This document shows, one piece after another, positions 35,570-45,773 of a stretch of DNA of 61,886 bases; position 1 is the stretch's first letter, and the number at the start of each line of letters is the position of its first letter. Below the pieces are notes generated by a model. It was given only the letters and a program-made list of their open reading frames with translations, was not told the DNA's origin and did not search any database. Source of the DNA: Victivallales bacterium. Its GTDB lineage: Bacteria > Verrucomicrobiota > Lentisphaeria > Victivallales > UBA1829. The stretch lies in contig JAZKZE010000067.1 in assembly GCA_045612485.1 (NCBI GenBank), forward strand, positions 1 to 61,886. Reading direction: 5' to 3'. The position numbers and the translations under genes were made by a program.

Positions 35570-36934
35570 ATGAAAAATCACATTCTTGTTTGCGGGCTCG
35601 GGATCAGCGGGGAGGGGGCGGCCCTCCTCGCATTGAAACTGGGGAAAAAGGTAACGGTCGTAGATGAAAATGATAACCCTTCCTTACAGGAAAAAAGAGA
35701 AAAACTTATTTCTGCCGGGGCGGAAGTTCTGCTGGGGTGGAATAACAATATACCACTTCCTGTATGCGATTGTATCGTTTTAAGTCCCGGAATACGCAAA
35801 GAGAGTCTTTTATACCGTTTCCTGCCGGAAAATGTGGAAAAAATCAGTGAATTATCTTTTGCGCTCCGGCATATCCCCTGTCCTTTTGCCGCTGTTACCG
35901 GGACAAACGGAAAGACCACCGTTACTGAATTGACCACATTTCTTCTTAATTTCGTTGGAAAAAAAGCTCTGGCGTCAGGAAATGTGGGGAACTCTTTAAG
36001 CAGCTGTGTGATAACTGCTCTGGATGGACTTTGCGATTTCCTTATGATCGAAGTAAGCAGTTTCCAACTGGAAAATATACCTGGATTCCCCTCCTGTTCC
36101 GCTGCTCTCCTCAATATAGGAAGCGATCATATTGATCGTCACGGTTCTTTGGAAGAGTATGCAAAAATCAAATTTTCATTGCTGAAAAATGACCGGGAAA
36201 AAGAAAAACGCATCGTCAACAGTTCCGTCCTTCCTTTTTTGCAGAAATTCCTTCCCGGAAAAGATGCGGTGACTTTTTCCTCCGCGGATGACAAGGCTGA
36301 TTTTTTTGTCCATAAAGAAAAACAGATGCTTTTCTATAAAGGAAATGAATTTTTTGACTGCTCAAAAACAAAACTTAAAGGCATACATAATTTTGAAAAT
36401 ATTGCCGCTTCCCTTGCTCTGCTCCGTGGGGCATTGGGGGAAGAAGTGTTGTTTCTGCCGCAGATCAAAACTGCTTTACAGGAATTTACCCCATCTCCAC
36501 ACCGGATGGAAGTCTTTATGCAAAAGGATAATATCCAGTATGTGAATGATTCCAAAGCCACCAATCCTCATGCGGTAAATGCGGCAGTTGCCCGTTTTGC
36601 AGAAGAAAGCGGAAAAAGAAAAAATATCATCCTTCTTCTCGGCGGTCTGGATAAGGGAATGGATTTTACGGAACTGGAAGAAAGTCTGCCTTATGTGAAA
36701 AAGATCATTCTTACAGGAGCCTGTGCGGAAGAGATCGCTTCTTCTCTTCAGGGGAAAGCAGTGATGGAAATGAGTAAAGATTTTGCCGATGCTGTTTACA
36801 AAAGCTGTCGAAGTGCTTCTTCCGGGGATATCGTACTTCTTTCTCCGGCAACGGCAAGCATGGATCAATTTAAAAATTATGCCCAGCGGGGAAATACTTT
36901 CAAAAAACTCGTACAGGATTTTCTCGAAAAATAA
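35570..36934 (+). CDS. murD: UDP-N-acetylmuramoyl-L-alanine--D-glutamate ligase
   Basis: GLGISG, TGTNGKTT, EVSSFQLE, DHIDRH, NDSKATN, LLSPA.AS.DQF.NY..RG. Confidence 0.96.
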   Translation: MKNHILVCGLGISGEGAALLALKLGKKVTVVDENDNPSLQEKREKLISAGAEVLLGWNNNIPLPVCDCIVLSPGIRKESLLYRFLPENVEKISELSFALRHIPCPFAAVTGTNGKTTVTELTTFLLNFVGKKALASGNVGNSLSSCVITALDGLCDFLMIEVSSFQLENIPGFPSCSAALLNIGSDHIDRHGSLEEYAKIKFSLLKNDREKEKRIVNSSVLPFLQKFLPGKDAVTFSSADDKADFFVHKEKQMLFYKGNEFFDCSKTKLKGIHNFENIAASLALLRGALGEEVLFLPQIKTALQEFTPSPHRMEVFMQKDNIQYVNDSKATNPHAVNAAVARFAEESGKRKNIILLLGGLDKGMDFTELEESLPYVKKIILTGACAEEIASSLQGKAVMEMSKDFADAVYKSCRSASSGDIVLLSPATASMDQFKNYAQRGNTFKKLVQDFLEK

Positions 36935-37063
36935 TGATCCGTGCAGAAAAAAAGCTTCTTTAAGAAGAAAACCTTCTTTCTTTATTGGATTTTCCATACT
37001 GTTGGAGCTATATTAGTAGGGTGTTTTTATTTTAAATAAATAAAGAGAGAGGAGCATATCGTG

Positions 37064-38143
37064 ATGAAGAAAAATAAAAAAAGCGGATTTTTTCTGCGGA
37101 AGTTTATTCTCTGCATATTTTCTGCCGTTTCCGTTTTCCTTGCCGGCTGTGAAATAACCAATCATGCGGAGGATGCTCTGGAAAGAGCAAGAAAGTTTGC
37201 ACTGGAAGAGACACGGGATCTCTCTGAGTACCAGAGAAATATTATCCGGTATTCCCTTCCTGTGATCCAGGGGCAGATGATTTTCAAGACCGAACCAATC
37301 AAACTTACCGAATATGAACACATTCCCCGGAATGAATTTCATAAGCCGCTTGAGACAAAACATCTGGACTATGTTGCCTCCTGTTTTGTCTGGAAGATCC
37401 CGGATCTGGGGGGCGAAGTGGTCGTTTACGGTACCGGTGACCGTAATTTCCGTTTCTGGCAGCCGTTGAAAGTAATGTACAGAAAACTTGCCGAACCGGA
37501 TGAAGATTATATCAAAGCATGGAAAAAGGCTGTAAGTTTTACAGAAGACAATATGCTTTACATCACCGATACGGAACGGGACAGGATCCGTTTTTCCGAA
37601 GCCAGGGTATGGTGTACCGCCTTTGATCTCAAATATCTGGATGAAGATAAACCCATCAAACCGGAAACCACCTGGACCTCTTATCTTCTGAAAAAACAGG
37701 GCGGCAAAAAGGAAAAGTATCAGGTTTCTCTGGTATGGCAGGCGGATGATCCCGGAAAATTTATTGTCTTTACCGGACTTGGTGCAGATATTCCCGTGGC
37801 GGATAAAAAATTCAGGAAGGATAAAGACGGGGAAGAGGATGCAGAGAAATCCGGAAAGAAGAAAGAATTTTCTCTGTTGAAAAATTGGAATATTCTGACT
37901 GTCCGGGTAATTGATAAGGTCAAATTCAGTAAATATGTTACCGAATTCAAGTATCCAGTGGAAGAAGGTTCTTACAGGAAAGAAGCAGTGGATACGGAGA
38001 AATCTCTCAAGGAGAAAACGGTAGAGAAAACGGAAGAAAAAGTTACAGAAAAGACGGAAGAAAAATCGGCAGAGAAAACGGAAGAAAAAGTTACAGAAAA
38101 GAGTACAGAAAAAAAAGCTGACAGTACGGAGGAGAAAAAATAA
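37064..38143 (+). CDS. Hypothetical lipoprotein with an internal domain duplication and a C-terminal EKT repeat
   Basis: Lipobox FLAGC; GAGAGGAG Shine-Dalgarno; EKTEEKVTEKTEEKSAEKTEEKVTEK tail. Confidence 0.75.
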   Translation: MKKNKKSGFFLRKFILCIFSAVSVFLAGCEITNHAEDALERARKFALEETRDLSEYQRNIIRYSLPVIQGQMIFKTEPIKLTEYEHIPRNEFHKPLETKHLDYVASCFVWKIPDLGGEVVVYGTGDRNFRFWQPLKVMYRKLAEPDEDYIKAWKKAVSFTEDNMLYITDTERDRIRFSEARVWCTAFDLKYLDEDKPIKPETTWTSYLLKKQGGKKEKYQVSLVWQADDPGKFIVFTGLGADIPVADKKFRKDKDGEEDAEKSGKKKEFSLLKNWNILTVRVIDKVKFSKYVTEFKYPVEEGSYRKEAVDTEKSLKEKTVEKTEEKVTEKTEEKSAEKTEEKVTEKSTEKKADSTEEKK

Positions 38144-38144
38144 A

Positions 38145-39020
38145 ATGAGAAGTATGACCGGATTCGGCAGCGGGGAGTGCCGTACAGAAAATTCTTCCCG
38201 GCTTTTCCGTGTGGAGATCTCGTCAGTTAATCGCAAGCAGTTTGAACTGAAAGTAACTTTACCCAGAGAGATGCTTTCCCTGGAAAATACCATACGCAAA
38301 TGTGTAGGGGAAAAAGTCAGTCGCGGGGCTCTGCTTCTCCGGGCGGAAGTGCTTACTTCCGCAGGGACAGCGGTCATGCCGCAGGTAAAGATCAATAAGG
38401 AAAATCTTGCTTCTCTGCGTAAGGAAATGGAAGCTCTTGTCATGCCGGAAAGTGCGTTCCAGAATATTTTAAGTGTTCCCGGGATCGTGGAGCAGGTCAA
38501 TGAGGGATCCAGTCAGGAAGAGAATGAAGCCGCCCTTCTGGATGCCTGCCGGAAAGCAGTGGATGCTCTTGTGAAGATGCGTACAACCGAAGGCGGACTT
38601 TTGAAAGAAGATCTTGCCGGAAGGATCGGTAATCTGGAAAATATGCTGGCAAAAGTGGAACCGGAAGCCGCCTTGCTTCCTGCGCAGGCAAAAGAACGGC
38701 TTTTGAAAAAACTTGCCGATGCGGGGCTGAGTGTGGATATCAATGATGAAAGAGTCCTGCGGGAAGTGGTGATCTTTGCGGATAAACTGGATGTAAATGA
38801 AGAGATCACAAGATTGAAAAGTCATTTTGCACATTTCCGTTCCTTCCTTGCCAATGAAAAAGAGGCATTGGGGCGGAATATGGATTTTCTTACCCAGGAG
38901 ATTTTCCGGGAGATCAATACTCTCGGAAACAAGACCGGTACAACTTCCATTTCCCCGGTGATCGTACAGATGAAGGCGGAAGCGGAAAAAATCCGGGAAC
39001 AGGTACAGAATGTAGAATAA
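38145..39020 (+). CDS. YicC/YloC family endoribonuclease
   Basis: [43 protein letters not shown]. Confidence 0.93.
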   Translation: MRSMTGFGSGECRTENSSRLFRVEISSVNRKQFELKVTLPREMLSLENTIRKCVGEKVSRGALLLRAEVLTSAGTAVMPQVKINKENLASLRKEMEALVMPESAFQNILSVPGIVEQVNEGSSQEENEAALLDACRKAVDALVKMRTTEGGLLKEDLAGRIGNLENMLAKVEPEAALLPAQAKERLLKKLADAGLSVDINDERVLREVVIFADKLDVNEEITRLKSHFAHFRSFLANEKEALGRNMDFLTQEIFREINTLGNKTGTTSISPVIVQMKAEAEKIREQVQNVE

Positions 39021-39034
39021 GAAAGGAAGAAAGT

Positions 39035-40972
39035 ATGGATTGCTCTTCTTATAAATCAAATCCTCTTGCGGAACAGGTCTTTATCGACCAGTTGATCACC
39101 TCTTTATATGCCACTTATGCCGACGGGGATGCGATCAATCAGACCGATGGAAACAATCTTCCCCGGGAATCGGAAATATTGGATATTCTGCGGGATCTTC
39201 TGGAGCTTGTCTATCCGGGGTTTCAGGAAAAGGCCCATTATTCTGCGTCCAATTTGAGATATAGTGTGGGTGAGATCCTTTCCCGGAGTTATTCGGGACT
39301 CAAAGATATCATCTTCCGTTCTCTGCAATACAGCTGCAAGGCTCTGGAAGGGGATAAATGCTCCTGCAACTGCGGGAAAATGGCAGATGATGCGGCGCGG
39401 TATCTTCTCTCCCGTCTTCCGGAGATCCGCAATATTCTCAAAAAAGATGTGAAGGCGGCATTTGACGGTGATCCTGCCGCAAAGACTCATGCGGAGATCG
39501 TGTTGAGCTATCCCGGATTGAAGGCGATCACTATTCAGAGGATCGCCCATTGCCTTTATGAAAAAAATGTGCCCCTCATTCCCCGTATGATGGGGGAATA
39601 TGCCCACCGGATCACCGGGATCGATATCCACCCCGGGGCGAAACTGGGGGAAAGCGTGTTTATTGACCATGGTACAGGGGTTGTGATCGGGGAAACGGCG
39701 GAGATCGGTTCCAATGTGAAGATCTATCAGGGCGTTACCATCGGGGCTCTTTCCTTTCCGAAAGATTCTGCCGGAAAGATCATCAAGGGAAACAAAAGAC
39801 ATCCCACGATCGAAGATGATGTGACCATTTACGCAGGGGCAACGATCCTGGGCCCCATTACCGTGGGAGCTTCTTCTGTTATCGGCGGTAACGCCTGGGT
39901 GACAGACGATGTGGAACCCGGTTCCAAGATCACCATTTCCCCGCCCAGTCAGACCATCCGGAAAAGCCGCAGAAGTGAAAAATGTGCCGTTTGTATGGCA
40001 AGCGGGATCGAGGAAAAAATGTACCGTGCTGCTCTTTCCGTATTGAAAGATTCTCTGAAAGTACAGAAAGAGGAAGAGGTACTTCTTATTTTTGATGAAG
40101 GAACTGTATGTGTGGCGGAAGCCTTCCGTAAAGCCGGAAATGAGGCGGGTATGACCGTCAAAGAGTGCCGGATCGCCGTTACCGCCTCCAATGGTTCCGA
40201 TCCGGATGCAGAGACCTGTCAGAAGATGAAAAATGCTTCTGTGATCATTGGTGCCACCACCAATTCCCTTACCCATTGTCATGCCATGACCATTGCCCGA
40301 AATCACGGGGCGAGGGCAGTGACATTGCCGGGGATCACCAAGGAACTTTTTGCCAGAAGTGTGCCGGAAGATGCGGTAAAAATGCGGGAAAATGGGGAAA
40401 TGTTCCTGAAAGAACTTTCCGGGAAACACAAGTGTTTCCTTTCCACGGAGGAAGGGACACTTCTCACCTTTGAAACAGGAACAGTTCCTTTTGAAAGTGA
40501 TGACGGATTTTTTGCAGAAAAAGGTATGGTGGGGAACATTCCCTCCGGGGAAGTTTTCGGGATCCCGGAAAATATGAGCGGAACTCTTGTTGTGGATGGA
40601 TCCATTGCCGGATTTCCCTGGGAAAAAGGGATGGAAAAGGCAAAGATCCTTATTGAAAACAATATGGCGGTCAAGTTTGAAGGTACAAGAGGAAAAGAAC
40701 TGGAAAAGGCTCTGGATATCGCTGGAAAAATGGGACGGAAAGTAGCAGAATTCGGGATCGGATTGAATAGTTCCCTTTCCCTTTCCGGTAATCTTCTGGA
40801 GGATGAAAAGGTAAAAGGAACCATCCATATAGCTTTCGGCAATGATGCGGGAATGGGTGGAAAAAATGATGTTCCTGTGCATATCGACTGTCTGGTGCAG
40901 AACCCCACACTGGAAGTCGATGGAAAGATCCTTATGGAAAAAGGGGTTTGGAAGATCGGGAAAGAAGAATAA
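39035..40972 (+). CDS. cysE: Fusion of serine O-acetyltransferase (CysE/EpsC type) and an M29-like aminopeptidase
   Basis: [37 protein letters not shown]; then [33 protein letters not shown]. Confidence 0.85.
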   Translation: MDCSSYKSNPLAEQVFIDQLITSLYATYADGDAINQTDGNNLPRESEILDILRDLLELVYPGFQEKAHYSASNLRYSVGEILSRSYSGLKDIIFRSLQYSCKALEGDKCSCNCGKMADDAARYLLSRLPEIRNILKKDVKAAFDGDPAAKTHAEIVLSYPGLKAITIQRIAHCLYEKNVPLIPRMMGEYAHRITGIDIHPGAKLGESVFIDHGTGVVIGETAEIGSNVKIYQGVTIGALSFPKDSAGKIIKGNKRHPTIEDDVTIYAGATILGPITVGASSVIGGNAWVTDDVEPGSKITISPPSQTIRKSRRSEKCAVCMASGIEEKMYRAALSVLKDSLKVQKEEEVLLIFDEGTVCVAEAFRKAGNEAGMTVKECRIAVTASNGSDPDAETCQKMKNASVIIGATTNSLTHCHAMTIARNHGARAVTLPGITKELFARSVPEDAVKMRENGEMFLKELSGKHKCFLSTEEGTLLTFETGTVPFESDDGFFAEKGMVGNIPSGEVFGIPENMSGTLVVDGSIAGFPWEKGMEKAKILIENNMAVKFEGTRGKELEKALDIAGKMGRKVAEFGIGLNSSLSLSGNLLEDEKVKGTIHIAFGNDAGMGGKNDVPVHIDCLVQNPTLEVDGKILMEKGVWKIGKEE

Positions 40973-40974
40973 AA

Positions 40975-41658
40975 ATGAGCAATATACATGACAATCTGAA
41001 AAAGATCCTTGATGAAATTTCTCTTGCTTCTGAAAAAGCGGACCGTGCAAAAGATTCTGTGAAACTTATCGCCGTATCCAAAACTTTTCCCGCCTCAGAT
41101 ATTCAGGATGCTTATGACTTCGGTCAACGGCTTTTCGGGGAAAACCGTGTGGCGGAGCTGGAAGGGAAAACTCCCGTTCTGCCTGCGGATATCCAATGGC
41201 ATCTTATCGGTCACCTGCAAAGCAATAAAAGCATGAAGGCCGTGGAAAATGCCTCCTGGATCCACTCTGTGGAATCAGAAAAACTTGTCCGGCATATTGA
41301 AAAAGCTGCTTCTCCTCTGGATAAAAAAATCAATATCCTTCTGGAAGTAAATGTTTCCGGAGAGGAAAGTAAATTCGGTCTCCACAGTTTTGAAGATGTG
41401 CTTTCCTGCGGGCTTCTTGCTATGGAAATGCCCCATATCGAGCTTATGGGATTGATGACCATGGCTCCCTTTGAAGCTCCGGAAAAAGTTCTGCATGAAA
41501 CATTTGCCGGATTGAGAGAGATGCGGGATAAACTGGAAATCTCTCTGGGAAAAAAATTGCCGGAACTTTCCATGGGAATGAGCGGCGATTACCGTATCGC
41601 CATTGAAGAAGGTGCCACCTTCGTCCGTATCGGGACAGCGATTTTCGGCGGAAGATAA
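40975..41658 (+). CDS. yggS: PLP homeostasis protein
   Basis: LIAVSKT, FGENR, WHLIGHLQSNK, LSMGMSGDY, VRIGTAIFG. Confidence 0.95.
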   Translation: MSNIHDNLKKILDEISLASEKADRAKDSVKLIAVSKTFPASDIQDAYDFGQRLFGENRVAELEGKTPVLPADIQWHLIGHLQSNKSMKAVENASWIHSVESEKLVRHIEKAASPLDKKINILLEVNVSGEESKFGLHSFEDVLSCGLLAMEMPHIELMGLMTMAPFEAPEKVLHETFAGLREMRDKLEISLGKKLPELSMGMSGDYRIAIEEGATFVRIGTAIFGGR

Positions 41659-41672
41659 AGGAATAAATATAT

Positions 41673-43040
41673 ATGGTTCTGGAAATTCCCTTTGACCCGG
41701 CTGCATTGAAAAACAACCGGGCGTATCTTATTGCCTCCTCCATTGTAAAAAGATTGCGTGAGGCCTCTTTCAGTGCTTATCTTGTAGGCGGATGTGTACG
41801 GGATATGGTCATGGGGAAGACTCCTTCGGATTTTGATGTGACTACTTCCGCAACTCCGGAAGAGGTACAGAAACTTTTTCCCCATTGTGTTGGTGTGGGG
41901 GCGTCTTTCGGAGTAATGATCGTTGTGGAAGAAGCCATGGAATTTGAGGTGGCAACATTCCGGGAGGAAAGAAATTATGAGGATGGCAGACGCCCGGAAT
42001 TTATCCGTTACAGCAAAACGGTTGCCGAAGATGTTTCCCGCAGGGATTTTACGGTAAACGCTTTGCTTTTTGATCCGGAAAAAAATGTGATCCTTGACCA
42101 TACCGGCGGTGTCGCGGATTTGAAAAAAGGTATTCTGCGGACAGTGGGAGATCCTTTGATTCGTTTTTCCGAGGATTATTTAAGGATGCTGCGTGCCGTG
42201 CGGTTTGCGGTCAGACTGGATCTGGAGATGGATGAAGCCGCGGCGCAGGCAATAACGGTACTTGCGGCAAAGGTAAAGTATCTTTCCGCGGAACGCATCC
42301 GGGATGAACTGGAAAAGATGCTGACGGGGAAAAATCCCCATAAGGCATTTATTCTTCTTTCCCGTCTGGGAATATTGAAAGAAGTTCTGCCGGAAGTGGA
42401 GGATTTGCATGGAGTGGAACAGCCGCCAAAGTATCACCCGGAAGGGGATGTATTCATTCATACTATGCTTTTGCTTGAACATATTGCTTATTCCAATGCG
42501 GAAGTCGGATGGAGTGCCTTGCTGCATGATGTGGGAAAAAAACATACATACAGTGTGATCGACGGCCGCATCCGTTTTTTCGGACATGAGGAAAAAGGGG
42601 CGGAAATGGCAGAAAAGATCCTTCAGAGATTGAAACTGCCTTCAAAGACCATTAAAAATGTGGTGAAAGCCATTGCCGGCCACATGAGATTTTCCCATGT
42701 GCAGGTGATGCGGCAGAGTAAATGGCGGCAGTATCTTGCCGATCCTAATTTCCCCCTTGAACTGGAACTGCACAGACTGGACTGTATGGCGTGTCATCAG
42801 ATGGTGGATAATTATCTTGTGATGCTGGACAGGATCAATGAACTGGCTCTTTCGGGCATATCTCCTGTTCCCAAACCTCTTATTACCGGAAAAGATCTTC
42901 TGAAAATGGGGTTGAATCCCTCTCCGGAATTGGGAAAGATCCTGAAAAAAATCGAGGAATTGCAGCTGGAAGGTGTTATAAGTACAAGGGAAGAAGCGTT
43001 GAAAGAAGCAAAGAAACTTTTCCCGCCCTCATGCTTCTGA
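41673..43040 (+). CDS. cca: tRNA nucleotidyltransferase (CCA-adding) with HD domain
   Basis: LVGGCVRD, DFD, RRDFTVNA, EDYLRMLRAVRF, HPEGDV..H, LLHDVGK. Confidence 0.9.
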   Translation: MVLEIPFDPAALKNNRAYLIASSIVKRLREASFSAYLVGGCVRDMVMGKTPSDFDVTTSATPEEVQKLFPHCVGVGASFGVMIVVEEAMEFEVATFREERNYEDGRRPEFIRYSKTVAEDVSRRDFTVNALLFDPEKNVILDHTGGVADLKKGILRTVGDPLIRFSEDYLRMLRAVRFAVRLDLEMDEAAAQAITVLAAKVKYLSAERIRDELEKMLTGKNPHKAFILLSRLGILKEVLPEVEDLHGVEQPPKYHPEGDVFIHTMLLLEHIAYSNAEVGWSALLHDVGKKHTYSVIDGRIRFFGHEEKGAEMAEKILQRLKLPSKTIKNVVKAIAGHMRFSHVQVMRQSKWRQYLADPNFPLELELHRLDCMACHQMVDNYLVMLDRINELALSGISPVPKPLITGKDLLKMGLNPSPELGKILKKIEELQLEGVISTREEALKEAKKLFPPSCF

Positions 43041-44480
43041 TGTTTCTTTTCTGTCCAGATCCACTACTTTGATCTTTTTCCATGCACCGGTATTTTTCCT
43101 CCACCGGATGATCAGGGCATCACAGACCACATAGAAGGTGATCCCTGCCGCCCAGGCAATGTAAATGGGGCCGGGGATGATCTTTGTGAAAATAAAGGTC
43201 ATGGGTACCTGGATCATCCATACGGAAACAATCGCGAGGATCAGGGGGATCCTTGTATCTCCGGCTCCCCGCAGAGAGCCAGCGGTAATAAAACGCTGAC
43301 CGTCATAGAAATTCTGGAAGATCTGGAGAATAAGGATGATCTTTACAAGGGGCAATACTTCACTTATTTTCAAGCCGTCACTGCTTTTCGGGGAAAAGAG
43401 TTTAATGAGAAATTCCGGGAAGAGAAGGTAAAGAATCGCAATAAAAATAAAGTAAAGGGAAAGCATCCTTACGCATCTTTTACTGATCATTTCCGCTGTT
43501 GCAAGATCCCGTTCCCCAATGTATTTTCCAGTGAGGACGGAGGCGGAATCCATTAAGCCCAGAAGAGGAATAAAGGCAATAAGGTTTATGGTCATGGCAA
43601 GTCCCGCCGCTGTCATGGCAAGATCCCCCAGACAGCCGAACCAGAGAAGGACACAGGCAAATCCGGCACTTCTGATATTGGTCTGCAATCCGCCGGGTGC
43701 GCCGAAAAGAAACAGTTTTTTTACCGTATCAAAACGGAAGTGAAAATACTTTCTTGATGCCCATATATCCTGTTTCTGTACGAGAAAAGCCGTGATGGCA
43801 AAAAGAAAAGATATGGCTCCTGCTGTGGAGATGGCAAGTCCCGCCCCTTTGATCCCCATGGCGGGAAGGCCGCATTTTCCGAAGATCATGATGTAATTCA
43901 ATGGGACGGAAATAAGACAGGTTCCGATCTTGGCTGCCGCCGTGATCCTGCTTCTTCCTGTTGCCGTGAAAAAGGTGAGGAACGGTGCTTCCATACAGGC
44001 GAAAGCTGCACTGGGAGTGAGGGCGGTAAAGTAGATGATCTCCCGTTCTTTTACGGCATCGGAAAGACTTCCATACTGAAAGATCCAGGACCCGAAGGGC
44101 GGGAGAAATGCCAGAAGAAAAATGGATACCATACAGGCAAAATAAAATCCGTTCCATGCCGATCTTACACATTCTTCTTTATTTTTATTTCCGAAATGCT
44201 GGGCAACGATTGTACCGGTAAAACCGGTTGTGATCACAAAAAAACAGCTGGAACAGTTGAAAAGCTGACTGCTTGCCACAGAAGCAGTCACATCCTCCAG
44301 CTGGAGTTTGGATAAGATGATACGGTTGCAGAGAAGCATAATGGTATTACAGCCGTTCATGATGATAAGCGGCCAGGCAAGTTTCCATATATCTTTATAA
44401 CCGCCTTTGCATGTAAATTCGGCAGAAGCAAATATCCCGGTAAAATTCCGGAAGAGCTTCAGAAAAAAACTTGCAATCAT
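43029..44480 (-). CDS. MATE family efflux transporter
   Basis: LAWPLI, PAMGIKGAGLA, GSLRGAGDT; about 12 TM helices. Confidence 0.9.
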   Translation of the reverse strand: MIASFFLKLFRNFTGIFASAEFTCKGGYKDIWKLAWPLIIMNGCNTIMLLCNRIILSKLQLEDVTASVASSQLFNCSSCFFVITTGFTGTIVAQHFGNKNKEECVRSAWNGFYFACMVSIFLLAFLPPFGSWIFQYGSLSDAVKEREIIYFTALTPSAAFACMEAPFLTFFTATGRSRITAAAKIGTCLISVPLNYIMIFGKCGLPAMGIKGAGLAISTAGAISFLFAITAFLVQKQDIWASRKYFHFRFDTVKKLFLFGAPGGLQTNIRSAGFACVLLWFGCLGDLAMTAAGLAMTINLIAFIPLLGLMDSASVLTGKYIGERDLATAEMISKRCVRMLSLYFIFIAILYLLFPEFLIKLFSPKSSDGLKISEVLPLVKIILILQIFQNFYDGQRFITAGSLRGAGDTRIPLILAIVSVWMIQVPMTFIFTKIIPGPIYIAWAAGITFYVVCDALIIRWRKNTGAWKKIKVVDLDRKETSEA

Positions 44481-44506
44481 GATTTCCTCACCATATAACA
44501 GTATTT

Positions 44507-45073
44507 TCAGTTGAAAAGCAGGATCTTGAAAGCAAGCAGAATAAGAATGATACCGCCTGCTATATCGCATTTGTTGTCAAATTTATTCCCCGCGATCCTT
44601 CCCAGAGTACACCCTGCCATACAAAGAACGAAAGTAATAAGCCCGATCACCGCAGAATCCCGCAATATATGTCCTCTTTCCAAACAGGCATAACCTACTC
44701 CCACAAGAAGGGCGTCAATGCTTGTGGCAAAGGAGAGAACGATCAGCCGTACAAAGGAAAAACCTTTGTTTTCCTCCTCTTCCTCTCCTTCTTTTTTCTT
44801 TTTTACGGCTTCATAGATCATTTTTCCGCCCAGAAGGGCAAGAAGCAGAAAGGCTGTGACTTTTCCCAGAATGATAAAGAGTTTTCCGCAAAGGGACGCC
44901 GTAAAGTAGCCGATATCCGGCATAAGCATCTGGAAAAGTCCGAAAGCAAAGGCGGTAAGAAGGATCTTCCACCAGGTAAAATTTTTCCGTTCCGCTGCTC
45001 CAAGTGCTACTGAAGCCGCCAGCGCATCCATGGCAAGACTTATTCCGACAAGTGCGGGAAATATGATCCACAT
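44507..45073 (-). CDS. mntP: Manganese efflux pump MntP
   Basis: SLAMDA, FGLFQ, LGGKMI, ATSIDAL.VG. Upstream promoter-like TTGATT-N16-TATATT at 45203-45176 (- strand). Confidence 0.88.
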   Translation of the reverse strand: MWIIFPALVGISLAMDALAASVALGAAERKNFTWWKILLTAFAFGLFQMLMPDIGYFTASLCGKLFIILGKVTAFLLLALLGGKMIYEAVKKKKEGEEEEENKGFSFVRLIVLSFATSIDALLVGVGYACLERGHILRDSAVIGLITFVLCMAGCTLGRIAGNKFDNKCDIAGGIILILLAFKILLFN

Positions 45074-45221
45074 GATCTTCTGATCCTCATTTACGTATAA
45101 AAACAAAACGGCAGAAACCTGACTTGTTTATAAAGATTCCTTCCGGATACAAAAAGCGATATCCGGCTCAATTATAATATACTCTTTTTTTTGTGAAAAT
45201 CAAGGTTTTCGGTATGAATAT

Positions 45222-45262
45222 AAAAAACAATACCCGGAACAAATTGCTGATTCCGGGTATTG
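45222..45262 (-). terminator. Intrinsic terminator
   Basis: CAATACCCGGAA/TTCCGGGTATTG stem, followed by a U-tract on the - strand. Confidence 0.75.
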
Positions 45263-45284
45263 CTTTTCCGTATATTGCAAAAGA

Positions 45285-45707
45285 TTATTTTACCAGATTT
45301 TCCGCATTTTTCTTGTAACGGGAATCCTGATTGAGTCTTTTGTTTGTGCGTTCTTTGGCTTCATCCACTCTTTTTTCCACAGCTTTGCCCGCTTTTTTCA
45401 CAGTGCCGGACAATTCGTTGAAGTGTTTATTTGCTTTTTTCGGGTTCTGCATGTAATAGTATGCTCCTCCGGCAGCTGCGGCAAGAAGAATAAGGATTAT
45501 GACCGTTTTGACAATATTATTTTTCTTGTCTGTTCTGGATTTTCCTTCCATCATCTGATGCGTTCTGCCAGCGGCAAGATCCGCTTGTTTCTGACACTCT
45601 GAAGAACAATAGGAACCCGCTACGATACATTTTTCACAAATAGGTTTTCCGCATGCGGCACATCTTGTTACTGCCGGGGTATCGGTATGATTCAGACATA
45701 CTGCCAT
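45285..45707 (-). CDS. B-box-like zinc finger membrane protein
   Basis: CLNH..CAACGKPICEKC..YCSSEC followed by one TM helix. Confidence 0.7.
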   Translation of the reverse strand: MAVCLNHTDTPAVTRCAACGKPICEKCIVAGSYCSSECQKQADLAAGRTHQMMEGKSRTDKKNNIVKTVIILILLAAAAGGAYYYMQNPKKANKHFNELSGTVKKAGKAVEKRVDEAKERTNKRLNQDSRYKKNAENLVK

Positions 45708-45773
45708 AATTTACTCCTTTCTAAAGTTTCCGGATCGTTTTTATCCGTTTACTGCACTATAATGCAATTTTGT

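Noticed and set aside
45074-45200. yybP-ykoY manganese riboswitch upstream of mntP
   Set aside because: Expected from gene context, but I could not see the conserved motif; an Rfam scan would be needed.
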